Below, piece after piece: positions 8,847 through 19,565 of a DNA stretch of 64,000 bases; the first letter of the stretch is position 1, and every line of letters begins with the position of its first letter. Source of the stretch: a virus (taxonomy: Duplodnaviria > Caudoviricetes); the IMG/VR virus record IMGVR_UViG_3300042452_000781, positions 582 to 64,581 of that record; one strand, given 5' to 3'. The notes under the pieces were generated by a model. The model did no database searches and was not told the DNA's origin. It worked only from the letters and a program-made list of their open reading frames with translations. Position numbers and translations under genes: made by a program.

Positions 8847-11522
8847 TTAATAGTTATATTCCCAAAAATAAGAAGCGGCATCATCATTATCGGCGGAAAA
8901 CCATACATTCCCGTCTTGATCAGTTGTTCCATCTTTTGCAAGAGAAAGGTATCTTTCGGTTATTTCGGGTAAAAGTTCAACAGTTGGTGCAAATCCGAAG
9001 GGTAGACCTTCATTTTCTTCCATTTCCTTTTCATGTTCTTCTCTTATATGCTTACGAATATCAGTCTCGGTCATTTCCTTGAAATATTCTTGAGTAATAA
9101 TCCACGAGAATAGAACCAGGCAGGAAACTAGATCATCGTTTTTGCCTTCTTCTGCACTGAAGCTGTTATATCTGGAAACATACGTCGTAAGCTCTCCGTA
9201 AATATCAAAATCCCTAATAATCAATTTATCTTCTTCGATAAACTGCTTAAGATTCATACAACCTTTACTTTTCGCTGGCTTTGACATCTTGATGCCGTAT
9301 TTGACACCTTTACCCGAGAAATTTTGACCAGCAATTTGACCTCCCCTGCCCAAAGTTTTAGTTTGAATTACGTTCGGATAGCCATACTCATTATGTAAAA
9401 TATCGGCAACATGTGCATCATTATTAACTTCACAAAGAACATAGGCATCGTTATATGCTCTTGCAACTGGTTCAATAACGTCTGGAAATCTTAGAGCCGG
9501 AATGTTATTATTTCTATACTTAGCAACAACTTTATATGGTATTTGTGTGGCATCAAAAACGACAAAGGCCGAATAGTCCAATTCAACACCTTGGGCAATA
9601 TCTACCGTTATTACATAGATTCTATCGGGTTGGGGTTCATCATATACATCTAATAATTCTTGACTTCTTATTGGCGTATCTATAACCATATTGGATAGTT
9701 TTACGCCACTAATAAGAGTATCTGAAGAGCCCAGAAAGTCGCATTCAAATTCGGCGTCCCATTTAGTTTGACCAATGTTGGCGATAGTTTCTTCTTTAAA
9801 GTGTTGGTCTCTTCCTGGAACATCTTGCCAATAAACCCGAGTTGGAATGTATTTATTTTTTTGCTTTATTGCATCATCCCAGAGCTTATAGAATTGATTT
9901 AGGCCATTAGGCGTACTGACAATGATAACCTTTGTGTCTTTACCTGAAGTAATAGTGGGATATACCGAACTCATAAAGTTATCTGCTACCTGTTGAGGCA
10001 CGAAAGCGAATTCATCAAGAAAGATGATATTATAAGTTCCACCTCTAACCGATGACGCAGACGTGGAAGCTGCAATAATTTTGGAACCATTTTCAAGTTC
10101 CATTGATCCTTTATTCCAAGATGAAACCCCTTGCTGTAGCCACCGTGGTAGGTTTTCATATCCCGTTTGTAGTCTATTGAGAATATCTCTAGCGGTACTT
10201 GCCTTGTTTGCAAGAACGGCAATATTTACATTATCATTGAAAATTGCATAATGTAAGAGAAATGCTACTGAAGTTGTAGAGTTGTGTGTTGGAATAAATG
10301 ATTTTCCGCATAAAAATAAATGGTCATCACTGTTAACTTGAATGCAAGCAACTGGCACACTAGATACCTTTTCAATAGAATGAATATAATGTCTTTTATC
10401 TTGCGGGCGAGTTTTTTTAGTTTTATTGATTACTTCTATTTTTCTGGGTAGATTGAAAATTATTTCCTCGGTTGTAAAAGAAACAGTATAATATTCAACA
10501 CCTTTAATATCTTTACTTCTTATATTTGATTTAATGCCCATAGTGGAAAGGAGTTCCACAAATTGTATAATAATTTTGTAGCTTTTTTGATAAAATTCAA
10601 AGGCTCTACTGTCACGTTTCACAGAACCATCAGAATCCATTAATCCACGAAGAAGATTTAATCTATCTTCATGTGAAGATCTCAAATAATCTTGAGGAAT
10701 ATGTTTATTTTTTATTAAATTGTATTCCTTTAGTTTGGGTTGTAGGTCTTTAATTCTAAAAATTATACAATTATTGATCTCTTTTTCCGTTTCTACTTCT
10801 AAATTCGTTTTATAAAAATTGTAGTCATCTTTATGTGATACAATTCTACTGGTATGAGAATATCCATCTCCCAACCAAAGACCTAAAAGATATGGATCTA
10901 TTTTTAAATCCTTTTTTGGTAAATTGATGGAATTTGCGCTTTCAATGTATAAAGAGCCTTGGACGCCTTTACCTCTTTTATTTTCGGTTCTTCTAGCATA
11001 AATTTCACTTATTTCTCCGGTTGTAATGACTTTTTTTCCGGCACTCCAATATGAACAATTTACTTCCCATAAATGGTCGGTTGAAGATATGATCTTTTCG
11101 CCAGTATCAAAGGTAATCTCATAACAATCGTGGTCATACATCGTTTCAGTTTTAGAAATAACAGAAACAATATTTCCAGATTGTGAAAAAACTTTGTCGC
11201 CAAGTTTAATTTCACCCATTGTCGTCCAACCATTTACGGTTGGAATAGGTGTATCTAGAGAAAATGGCTTACCACTTTGGCGAGGGAGTAGGCATATATT
11301 AAAACGGTTATTCTGAAAGGACTGCATCATCCTCTCTTGAAAAGGAAACATTGCAAAAGGCTGTAACCCGTGGTCAAGGGTTACAATTTTCATATAATTC
11401 TTTGCAAAATAAACCGGATCAACACTACATTTTGCCAGTTCTAGATATTGCTCTTCTGTTAAGTTAACTTTGGTATATTCTTTTTTTAAAAGGGGATTAC
11501 CAAGATAATGTTCTTCAGCCAT
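8847..11522 (-). CDS. gp17: terminase large subunit gp17, intein-containing
   Basis: YLGNPLLK, Walker A PRQSGK|STT split by an intein, Walker B IFLDEFAF, IIVSTPNG, and nuclease motifs TVDIAQG and NDDLV. Confidence 0.97.
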   Translation of the reverse strand: MAEEHYLGNPLLKKEYTKVNLTEEQYLELAKCSVDPVYFAKNYMKIVTLDHGLQPFAMFPFQERMMQSFQNNRFNICLLPRQSGKPFSLDTPIPTVNGWTTMGEIKLGDKVFSQSGNIVSVISKTETMYDHDCYEITFDTGEKIISSTDHLWEVNCSYWSAGKKVITTGEISEIYARRTENKRGKGVQGSLYIESANSINLPKKDLKIDPYLLGLWLGDGYSHTSRIVSHKDDYNFYKTNLEVETEKEINNCIIFRIKDLQPKLKEYNLIKNKHIPQDYLRSSHEDRLNLLRGLMDSDGSVKRDSRAFEFYQKSYKIIIQFVELLSTMGIKSNIRSKDIKGVEYYTVSFTTEEIIFNLPRKIEVINKTKKTRPQDKRHYIHSIEKVSSVPVACIQVNSDDHLFLCGKSFIPTHNSTTSVAFLLHYAIFNDNVNIAVLANKASTARDILNRLQTGYENLPRWLQQGVSSWNKGSMELENGSKIIAASTSASSVRGGTYNIIFLDEFAFVPQQVADNFMSSVYPTITSGKDTKVIIVSTPNGLNQFYKLWDDAIKQKNKYIPTRVYWQDVPGRDQHFKEETIANIGQTKWDAEFECDFLGSSDTLISGVKLSNMVIDTPIRSQELLDVYDEPQPDRIYVITVDIAQGVELDYSAFVVFDATQIPYKVVAKYRNNNIPALRFPDVIEPVARAYNDAYVLCEVNNDAHVADILHNEYGYPNVIQTKTLGRGGQIAGQNFSGKGVKYGIKMSKPAKSKGCMNLKQFIEEDKLIIRDFDIYGELTTYVSRYNSFSAEEGKNDDLVSCLVLFSWIITQEYFKEMTETDIRKHIREEHEKEMEENEGLPFGFAPTVELLPEITERYLSLAKDGTTDQDGNVWFSADNDDAASYFWEYNY
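10281..11267 (-). mobile_element. class-3-type intein with LAGLIDADG homing endonuclease in the gp17 P-loop (329 aa)
   Basis: GK|PFSLDTPIPT...DHLW...LLGLWLGDG...LLRGLMDSDG...VACIQV...IPTHN|STT; starts with Pro and has the W-C-T triad. Confidence 0.92.
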
Positions 11523-11549
11523 AATGTGTGGAATATTGCAGGCTATTTA

Positions 11550-13097
11550 TCAACACTTCCAACGGCGTCTTGCTGCCAATCCACGCTCACCATCCCAACT
11601 TCTAGAACGACTGCAAAAGTTTTTGCGACGTTTCGCAGCTTTACTTCCCGGTTCAACATCTCCAGTCACTGGAGCCTTAAGATTTGATCCAGTTGCTCTA
11701 TTATAACGGTCCCGTCCTTTTTGGGTTAATCCCCCGCCTCTTGAGATGGGAAGCTTTTCACCTCTACCTACAGATAGACTCGGCCCCTCTTCCCTTAAAC
11801 TATTACGTTTTTTGTCAAAAAACTTATCTTGATTTCTTATCGTAACTAAGGTTTCGTGATCCCTCCAAGGACAAGGTTTATCTTTTGGCTCTTCTGTTTC
11901 TTCAGGTTTAGCCTTTTCTGGTGTGACCTTAGACATCTTAAATTTTTCAATTCTCTCTTTTCTCTTATTAGTCTCTTGATCTACTCGCCTTTTGTTTAGG
12001 TTATCTCTAATTCCATCTAATAGCCCCTCGTCAAAAACATCAACGTCTTCACCGATGGTTTTATTGTTGAGTAGATAATTTTTTGAATGGCTATTTGGAA
12101 CTTGAATTAATGGTTGTCCAACATTTTGACTACCTAATTTATAGTTTAATACCTTTGCATCTGGATAAACTTTAATGATAGCATCTGTAACTTCTCTACG
12201 ATTAGGAACTCTAACTTGTGGAAAGAATAATTGTGAAGACATCATCTTTCCTCTCCAGGAAAAAAGAATCTGCATTACTTGGCCATTTTGAACCGGTAGC
12301 ACGGCTTCTTTAACACAATTTGGGACAGTTTTGCCACTCTTTTTCTTGGTCCCAATCATTTCGTAGCCATCCCAACATGGATCCTTTTTCATTTTCTTGG
12401 CTTCAGAAATGAAATCAAACTGAGTATCACCCAAAAGATCTGCAACTATAGTGGATTCAGATTGGGTATTCTCCACTTTTTTTAGCCGGCTATAATAATC
12501 GGGCTTCTCCGCAAGATGTTGAAGAGCAATTCCTTCAGCTTCTTCTTTGTTGTTGGTATGTTCTTTCTCAATTTTAATCCCCATCTTTAATTGCTTCTGA
12601 ATTTTTGCAACAGAAACACCGTGTTTTTCGGCAATTTTTTCAACACTTCTTACGGGCTTTGATCCTGTTTCCTTTTCGCTAGGATCGTTCTCATCGCAAG
12701 CACAGTCTTCTTCGGACAGTGATTTTAATATTTTATCAACGACTGACTCCTTAGTAAATTTAGGTAGAAGTGGTGTATTTTTTGTCACTTTACTAATATT
12801 GGGAACAGAAGATAGCTTACTTGTTGGAATATTTCTGACCGCCTTTGTACCTGGCTTGGGTTTGGAGTTTTTATGTTCTTCTGGATTAATTTTAAAGGAG
12901 GATTCCTCTATGGGTCCACCTGTATTCATATATTGAGCGGCATCGGTTGTATAATCTGCTGCTCTGGTAATTTTGGATTGAATCCAGGCGGGAATTTGTT
13001 GATCTTTGGACTTAATTTTGGATTTTAATAGTCTAATATTTTTCTCAATCGTTTCTAATTCAACATTAGACATATATCCTTCTGTATCTTTCTTCAT
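11550..13097 (-). CDS. modular hypothetical protein (DUF5661-like KMGIKIEKEH domain, PCW.GY...VPNCV motif, basic C-terminal domain); probable processed head protein
   Basis: 515 aa between gp16 and gp17; short modules separated by Glu-containing linkers; late promoter upstream. Confidence 0.7.
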   Translation of the reverse strand: MKKDTEGYMSNVELETIEKNIRLLKSKIKSKDQQIPAWIQSKITRAADYTTDAAQYMNTGGPIEESSFKINPEEHKNSKPKPGTKAVRNIPTSKLSSVPNISKVTKNTPLLPKFTKESVVDKILKSLSEEDCACDENDPSEKETGSKPVRSVEKIAEKHGVSVAKIQKQLKMGIKIEKEHTNNKEEAEGIALQHLAEKPDYYSRLKKVENTQSESTIVADLLGDTQFDFISEAKKMKKDPCWDGYEMIGTKKKSGKTVPNCVKEAVLPVQNGQVMQILFSWRGKMMSSQLFFPQVRVPNRREVTDAIIKVYPDAKVLNYKLGSQNVGQPLIQVPNSHSKNYLLNNKTIGEDVDVFDEGLLDGIRDNLNKRRVDQETNKRKERIEKFKMSKVTPEKAKPEETEEPKDKPCPWRDHETLVTIRNQDKFFDKKRNSLREEGPSLSVGRGEKLPISRGGGLTQKGRDRYNRATGSNLKAPVTGDVEPGSKAAKRRKNFCSRSRSWDGERGLAARRRWKC

Positions 13098-13128
13098 TTA
13101 ATTTGAGTATTAGAGAACTTTTTAGTAT

Positions 13129-13557
13129 TTATGTTTCTTCGCTAAATTGTTTCTTTATTAGCTTTAATGCTTCTGCAGTAGTTCCGGTAAATACTACATT
13201 ATTTGTAGTAACACTTGATGGGCCTTTGGGTCTAGTGTCTTCAATATCCTTCATTTTTTGTTGTAGATTGATCAATTTGTCAGCAGCATCTGAAACACTC
13301 TTAATAAGATGGCCAACAACCTCATAGCCCCTGGCGGTATCAAGTTCTTGAGCTAGTTCTAGCGCATTTTGAATAGCCTCTTGACCCTTTTCTATAATAG
13401 TGTAATAATTTTCTCTAGAATACTTATAATCAGTTTCAACATCATTAACTATTGGCTTTGCAACGGGCTCAGCTTTGACGATCTCTACATCAACATCAAC
13501 GGTATTTGCTATATTGAAGGTATCATTCAATTTGGTAAATTTTTGTGTTCTAGTCAT
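13129..13557 (-). CDS. gp16: terminase small subunit gp16
   Basis: DYKYSRENYY.IIEKG, RGYEV..HLIK and NNVVFTGTT.E motifs. Confidence 0.9.
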   Translation of the reverse strand: MTRTQKFTKLNDTFNIANTVDVDVEIVKAEPVAKPIVNDVETDYKYSRENYYTIIEKGQEAIQNALELAQELDTARGYEVVGHLIKSVSDAADKLINLQQKMKDIEDTRPKGPSSVTTNNVVFTGTTAEALKLIKKQFSEET

Positions 13558-13569
13558 TGTTTATGCTCC

Positions 13570-14574
13570 TCAAATATTATTAAATGTAAATCCAAAACTA
13601 TCATCATAAGGTATTAGAGAATTGTCTTCTATAGTAATTCTTTTAACCTCAGAACCATTTGGGTGAACCTTTATTTTAGTTTTATCTTGACCACGCTTAA
13701 CTCTTATTTTATTATTATCTTTACTTTCAACCAGTAATTCTTCATCACCAATGTCAATATAGGAATTTACAACTATATTACTGGAATTTGCAACCTCAAT
13801 AACCGTATCGGTTGCGGAAACTTCTTTTGTTAGGGTTGTTTCAACGATACCTGTATAATTTTGAATTGCTCTGGGGGTACTCTCTAAAACTGCATCCCGT
13901 GTTGGTGCTGTAGATAATTCACCGGCAACAAGACCAATAGAAACTTTCTTGATAATTTGAGAGTCTAATGATTTAGATGAAACTGGACCAAAAATATAAG
14001 TTTTTACTGTAAACTTTAAAGTATAAATGAGGGCTCGTCTTTCTCTAAAATCTCCCTCATATGTGTCGGAGGTTGAGATATTATCTAAAACAATATCTAA
14101 GTCCCTTTTCTCTGCTATTGAATCTAGTAGTGTAACACTAACCTTTAAGTTTGGTTGAAAATAAGGTAGAATCTGCTCAACAATTTGGAGCATATCATCA
14201 CTATGTTGTGTCATTATGCTCAGCTCAAAGTTAATATTATATGGAGCTGGCATAAATGTCATTCTCATTGCATTGTTGTTAATGTCCTTAGCACAAAAGG
14301 AAGTGGTTGTGGTTACTTTCCTAGTGGGATCATAACTTATACCAATCATTTCATATGACATCCTGGGTAGTGTAATTTGAATAGGCTTATTGAGATCTGG
14401 TACTTCTCTTAATCTGGCTAGAAACTTTTGAGTTGGTCCATATGCAATTGGAACCTTTCCTTTGAAGAAAATTCTACCTTCCTTATTTTTTTGCTGTATC
14501 TGAATATTATTAAAGAGTGATCCGAAAATTATAACAGCTTTACGGATGGATTCGTTGTAGAAATATTCAAACAT
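13570..14574 (-). CDS. gp15: tail sheath stabiliser/completion protein gp15
   Basis: YFYNESIRK, VPIAYGP.QKFL, TLPRMSYE and QIVEQILPYFQP motifs. Confidence 0.93.
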   Translation of the reverse strand: MFEYFYNESIRKAVIIFGSLFNNIQIQQKNKEGRIFFKGKVPIAYGPTQKFLARLREVPDLNKPIQITLPRMSYEMIGISYDPTRKVTTTTSFCAKDINNNAMRMTFMPAPYNINFELSIMTQHSDDMLQIVEQILPYFQPNLKVSVTLLDSIAEKRDLDIVLDNISTSDTYEGDFRERRALIYTLKFTVKTYIFGPVSSKSLDSQIIKKVSIGLVAGELSTAPTRDAVLESTPRAIQNYTGIVETTLTKEVSATDTVIEVANSSNIVVNSYIDIGDEELLVESKDNNKIRVKRGQDKTKIKVHPNGSEVKRITIEDNSLIPYDDSFGFTFNNI

Positions 14575-15953
14575 TAGAATTCACCGAATGGATTTTTAAT
14601 TGTATAATCAATTATATTCTTAGATTCTTCTTCAATATTTATGTTATCTGCATATGTATCCTCAATATTATCGCCATAACTTGGGATCTCAATTTTATAA
14701 GTGGCACCACTTTCTTGGCCAATTATCGTCTCGCCCTGGCCAAAAGTTCCAGTTGGATTAGATAATTGTAGAATACCTGAAGGCATATCCCAACTCTTGA
14801 CTCTTGCAGTTATACTAGATGCACTACCAGCAACAACTTCGTTGTATATGTAAGTTCCGTAACCAACAAATACTGGATCTGATATTGTAACTATAGGTGC
14901 AGTGGTATAACCTAGACCAGAATTTACTAACTGAATTGATTCAATGGAACCATTTTTAACTACCGCTCGTGCTACTGCTGGCTGTGAAGAAATTCCAACG
15001 AATGAAACTGTAACTATTCCAACATATCCACTTCCACCATCTGAAATATTAATAGAATTAAGAACACCATTACCCAATGATGCTAATGCCTCAACTCCAG
15101 AACCTCCACCCCCATTAAATATCACAGAAGGTGGCGTAGTATATCCAAATCCCGAATTTGTTATATTAACTGCCTGGACTCTTAATTTATCTGGATCTGG
15201 GCCACATATGTCAACAATACCTCCAATCATTTCGGCAACACCTGTTGCGGTTTGGCCATTAGCTGGGGCTGTACTAAATGTTACAGTTGGTGCAGTAGTA
15301 AATCCATATCCACGGTTTAACATTGTCACAAATCTGACTCCACCATTTACTACATTTGCCGTTGCTATTGCGCTTGAACCCGATCCAACCATCACATAAG
15401 ATTGAATAAATCCCTCATCCTCAACATTATCATCAATAATATCAATGCTCGTATCAATAACCTCATTTTGATAACGAAATAGCTCACAATTGAGGCTATA
15501 TGTATATGTTTTTCCTAACTGATAAAAAGGCTTTTCGTGTTCAACAAATTTAATCTCAAAGATTCTATCTCCCAATGGAAAATATATTAAATCTCCTTCT
15601 TTGGGTCGGGTTGACAACTCAACATTTGGAAGTCTTTTTATTAATGGTGCAATATAGGTCTCAAATCGTTCTCTGGAGATTGTAATAGTTAGGTCATTCA
15701 TCGGCTGGATGCCGAATTTAGTCATTAATGTACCAGCACCCTCATAACCATCATAAGTTTCAACATATGCCTCTATAGGATAAGCATTATTAAATTCAGA
15801 TTCAATAACCTCGCGAATCACCCGCTTTTTAGTGAGGTAAAATCTCGGAAGATAGAAAACATCTACACCATAGATTTTAATGGACTCATTAATTAAATCC
15901 TGAAGAAATCCCTGTTCTACCTTTGAATCGTTATGAAAAAATGGATTGAGCAT
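14574..15953 (-). CDS. gp14: neck protein gp14 (with internal G-rich beta-repeat insertion)
   Basis: LNPFF, ESIKIYG.DV.YLPR, RPKEGDLIYFPL, FVEHEKPFYQLG and C-terminal NPFGEF motifs. Confidence 0.93.
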   Translation of the reverse strand: MLNPFFHNDSKVEQGFLQDLINESIKIYGVDVFYLPRFYLTKKRVIREVIESEFNNAYPIEAYVETYDGYEGAGTLMTKFGIQPMNDLTITISRERFETYIAPLIKRLPNVELSTRPKEGDLIYFPLGDRIFEIKFVEHEKPFYQLGKTYTYSLNCELFRYQNEVIDTSIDIIDDNVEDEGFIQSYVMVGSGSSAIATANVVNGGVRFVTMLNRGYGFTTAPTVTFSTAPANGQTATGVAEMIGGIVDICGPDPDKLRVQAVNITNSGFGYTTPPSVIFNGGGGSGVEALASLGNGVLNSINISDGGSGYVGIVTVSFVGISSQPAVARAVVKNGSIESIQLVNSGLGYTTAPIVTISDPVFVGYGTYIYNEVVAGSASSITARVKSWDMPSGILQLSNPTGTFGQGETIIGQESGATYKIEIPSYGDNIEDTYADNINIEEESKNIIDYTIKNPFGEF

Positions 15954-15955
15954 AA

Positions 15956-16762
15956 TTATCCAATTAAATCAAAGGGGGGCATTTCATAATCGTAGGTCAT
16001 TCTTTCTTCTATGTGAACAATCTCTCTTTGAGCATCATCGTAAATTTGACGACCATTAAATTCCACGCCACCGGGAAGTTTCATTCCTTGATACTTAATT
16101 AAGTTTTGCCCCCATTGACGCTTAATAATAGCCGTGGCATAACGTTTAAGAAATGAATCATTCCACACCTTATCCGATTCCGAAGGATCCATTGCTCTAT
16201 AGCAATCAATAACAATATAATTTCCAACCTCAACATCAGACCAATTCATATCAATATACAATTTATCTCCTCTTTTATTAAACCTAACAACTTTCTCGGG
16301 ATTTAAAATCCAGTTAATATCTTCAAGATACCTTTGAACCATTGTATATGAAAGGAGTTCCATTGAACCCCAGTAATATAAATCATTCAAAAATAGCTGG
16401 TATTTAATATTGAAAAGACCACTAGAGAGTGTACTCCCCATAGAGAAATTAAATATTTTATTGACTCCAATTACATGGGGAGGAATCTTGATATAATTTG
16501 CAGTCTCGGAAAAATTATAACCATCAATTGAAGTTGTTGCAATCCCAACCGGTCCTTTAGATCTATCAATATCTTCTTGTCTTATCTGATATTTGAGGTA
16601 TGTTTGCATAACACCATCAAAATGACGCTCTTGAAACAACTGTAAAGCATCATCAATTAAATCATCTAGCTGTTCATCTGCAATAGCAATGTTTATCACC
16701 GGAGCACCCAATTGGCGCAAACAATAATCAATTAGTTGTTGACGAGAAGCAGGTTTAGCCAT
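15956..16762 (-). CDS. gp13: neck protein gp13
   Basis: LIDYCLRQLGAPVINI and KRQWGQNLIKY.G..LPGGV.FNG motifs. Confidence 0.95.
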   Translation of the reverse strand: MAKPASRQQLIDYCLRQLGAPVINIAIADEQLDDLIDDALQLFQERHFDGVMQTYLKYQIRQEDIDRSKGPVGIATTSIDGYNFSETANYIKIPPHVIGVNKIFNFSMGSTLSSGLFNIKYQLFLNDLYYWGSMELLSYTMVQRYLEDINWILNPEKVVRFNKRGDKLYIDMNWSDVEVGNYIVIDCYRAMDPSESDKVWNDSFLKRYATAIIKRQWGQNLIKYQGMKLPGGVEFNGRQIYDDAQREIVHIEERMTYDYEMPPFDLIG

Positions 16763-16801
16763 TATTTATTTTAGATTAAGCACTACTACTATGTATAAAG
16801 G

Positions 16802-17029
16802 TTATTGAAATTTACCTAAGACCGTTTTTAGAATATCTTTTATTTCGGCCATATCTTCTTTTAGGGTATCAAGTTCTTCTTCAATTTTTTCAACTTTATT
16901 TTTTTGAAGTTTTTTAATTTGCGCCGATATTAAGTATTTTTCATACTCGCTTTTGTTGTTATTTAATACCGCATTAGTTTTTACATCCCGAATTAAATCC
17001 GGGTGGCCATCTATTTTAGTGTGTTTCAT
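16802..17029 (-). CDS. conserved small coiled-coil protein
   Basis: 75 aa; KIDGHPDLIRD..TNAVLN motif, conserved in T4-like cyanophages upstream of gp13. Confidence 0.75.
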   Translation of the reverse strand: MKHTKIDGHPDLIRDVKTNAVLNNNKSEYEKYLISAQIKKLQKNKVEKIEEELDTLKEDMAEIKDILKTVLGKFQ

Positions 17030-19536
17030 TAATAAGAGCCAGCTAGGGCAACAACTCGTAGATTTTTAATTCTCGGTGGATACGCCTGATTAGTTGAGGT
17101 CCCAACTAATTTAATGCTATAATACCTAAATGACGGTAAATTATCAACCGTAAATGTGTATTCCCTGTAATTAACTTTGGAACCTTCAAATCCTAGAGCG
17201 TCATCTTTAACTATTTTAGAGTCAGATAAACCACTATTTTTAGATGAGTCAATGGTTTTATTGAATGAGTTTATATTATCGTAACCAGGGAAAGGGAAAT
17301 AAACTAAGGCTGCATCTTTGGTATTTGATACTGAATATAAACATTTGATTTCACTGAATACGTTAATATGTCCGGTTAAGTAAATTTTAATTGCATTTGC
17401 CGGTAGTTCAAGCTCAATTGGAATATTTGCATAAACAAAAGCTGATGGATCGCCCTTTAGAGTAGAAACACGGTCGTCTAGAGCAAAATCGGTAATTAAA
17501 TTGTCAACTCTATTAGTGGTAAAGCTCATTGCAACTCTTTGAAGGTCAATCGCGGGTGACACATAAGAATTTTGTGTATTTAATTCCATGTTGAGCGTTA
17601 ACGATTTGTTTCCAATAAGTGAATTTAAATTCTGTTTCTCGTTAACTTTGGCTGCCACAATTCGTGTGGAGTTTAGAAAATTATTTTCATTTAAACTGAT
17701 TTCAGTAAACCCGGAATCAACATATGATAATTCCCCACCACTAATGCTCGTTCCAGTTATAGTCCTTAATTTTGAAGACAGATTTGTTTGTGGTAAAACG
17801 ATGGCATCAACCAGAGGATGAACTATCTCAAAGGCAATATTTTGAGTGGCCTGAATGGTGGTTCCGCCAGTTGATTTTTCCTGATTAAAGAAAAGTCGCC
17901 CTAAAGGTGATCCTGAACTCCTATCGGATATTCCTTGTGGTAAATTTGGATTATTTGTGGTATTTGTAAAATTTATTTTAATTTTATAATAATCTAAACC
18001 AATTGAATTTGTTTCAGTTGAATCGCTGAGAGTGTGTTCTTTATTAATTCTTCGCAAAGAGACGCCATTCAACTCATACTTCATTACTGTAGTGTGCATT
18101 GAATAATAGCCTGCTAAAGTTTGATCAATTTGACGAGTAATGCCGGTTAAATTATTACCCGAAATGCCCGTATAAGCTATGATTTCCTGTCCTATTAGAA
18201 TATAGCCAGGATTAGCTGCAGATACAGTTACGTTTTCAAATATAGTAAAATCAGATGAATCCTGAATCGCAATATTGCCTGTTGCAGTATTTGAATAATC
18301 AGCGGTTAATTTTGTAACATTTACATCACTAGAAACATTTCTTAATACTACCTTATTAACGCTAGAGTGCATTCCATGGTTTTTATGATTTACTTTAATA
18401 TGTTCACCATTTTTATTTGTTACCAAGCTATTGGGGAATGCTTTTGATAAATGTGAAAAATAAATATCACTGGTTATACCAGAGTTGTTAACATAAGTTA
18501 AAGTTTTAGAAGAATCGCCAGATGAGAATTCCCCTTGAACATTATTAACTATGAGTTCATTTATTCCTGCAACATTTTGAACCGAAAGTTGTAAATTTAA
18601 TCCTAGGCTAGATGCGCCAATTTGTGGTGCAGTTAAAACATCTCCAATTAAATACCCATTTCCTCCTGTGCTAATTGTTGCACCAATTGAACTAACAGAA
18701 CCATTCAAAACCGTAATATTTGCAGTTGCATTTCTACCATTTCCAGTTAAAGATATTAGAGGCACATTATTAAATGTGAATGAACCCATTGAGGGCGTAT
18801 AACCTATGCCAGAATTAATAACATTAAGAGTAGAGGTAGCTGAACCGGCAAAGCCAACGTAAATACCTTTACCCGTAGAATTGACTTGAGTTATTCTGTT
18901 TCCCGGTGTGAGGTTAGATGACAAGACTGTTGAACCCAACCCTATTCTAATTTCTCTGGCATTTATCTCTAATGGGTTATTAATAAGATTTGCAATTTGA
19001 TGGTTTCCAACTGAAAGTTCTGAATTGTAAAAATTAATGTCCCCAGACGATGATTTAAAATTTGCCCTATAAAGAGTAAATTTTAAATCATCACTTTGTA
19101 TTGGAGTCCAGGTTGTTCCATTTTGGGATTTAAAAAGAGAACCCGAAAGGGGCTGCTTTGTTACAAAAACCACACTATTAGAATTAGCTGCTAAATCCTT
19201 TTCCGATAATCTTGAGATGTGAACGAGATATTGATCAGAATTTGATAGTAAGCATATGCAATGAAATTCACCACCTTTAAGATAAACGGGTGATTCAAAT
19301 GTTACTCTAGTTGCTAGAGTTCCATCATTAGAGGTTGAAATTTTATCAGGCGATAGAACCACTTCGGCGTGGCGATAAACAGAATCTGTCGGTATTCCGT
19401 ACTGCAAAGAGCGTAATTGTACTGTTACCGGCAATTCTGCATCCTTACTATAGAAAAATAAATCCAAAGAAGTTACAAAGTATCCACTATTTGGATTAAC
19501 AAAAAATGATTGTGCAATCGGATCTACTAACTTCAT
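17029..19536 (-). CDS. VrlC/DUF4815-like virion protein, C-terminal part
   Basis: DPIAQSF, TSLDLFF, GSLFKSQNG.TW...Q.DDLKF and PRIKNLRVVALA motifs. Confidence 0.8.
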   Translation of the reverse strand: MKLVDPIAQSFFVNPNSGYFVTSLDLFFYSKDAELPVTVQLRSLQYGIPTDSVYRHAEVVLSPDKISTSNDGTLATRVTFESPVYLKGGEFHCICLLSNSDQYLVHISRLSEKDLAANSNSVVFVTKQPLSGSLFKSQNGTTWTPIQSDDLKFTLYRANFKSSSGDINFYNSELSVGNHQIANLINNPLEINAREIRIGLGSTVLSSNLTPGNRITQVNSTGKGIYVGFAGSATSTLNVINSGIGYTPSMGSFTFNNVPLISLTGNGRNATANITVLNGSVSSIGATISTGGNGYLIGDVLTAPQIGASSLGLNLQLSVQNVAGINELIVNNVQGEFSSGDSSKTLTYVNNSGITSDIYFSHLSKAFPNSLVTNKNGEHIKVNHKNHGMHSSVNKVVLRNVSSDVNVTKLTADYSNTATGNIAIQDSSDFTIFENVTVSAANPGYILIGQEIIAYTGISGNNLTGITRQIDQTLAGYYSMHTTVMKYELNGVSLRRINKEHTLSDSTETNSIGLDYYKIKINFTNTTNNPNLPQGISDRSSGSPLGRLFFNQEKSTGGTTIQATQNIAFEIVHPLVDAIVLPQTNLSSKLRTITGTSISGGELSYVDSGFTEISLNENNFLNSTRIVAAKVNEKQNLNSLIGNKSLTLNMELNTQNSYVSPAIDLQRVAMSFTTNRVDNLITDFALDDRVSTLKGDPSAFVYANIPIELELPANAIKIYLTGHINVFSEIKCLYSVSNTKDAALVYFPFPGYDNINSFNKTIDSSKNSGLSDSKIVKDDALGFEGSKVNYREYTFTVDNLPSFRYYSIKLVGTSTNQAYPPRIKNLRVVALAGSY

Positions 19537-19565
19537 TTATTTTTCTAATTTGATATACTATTTAT

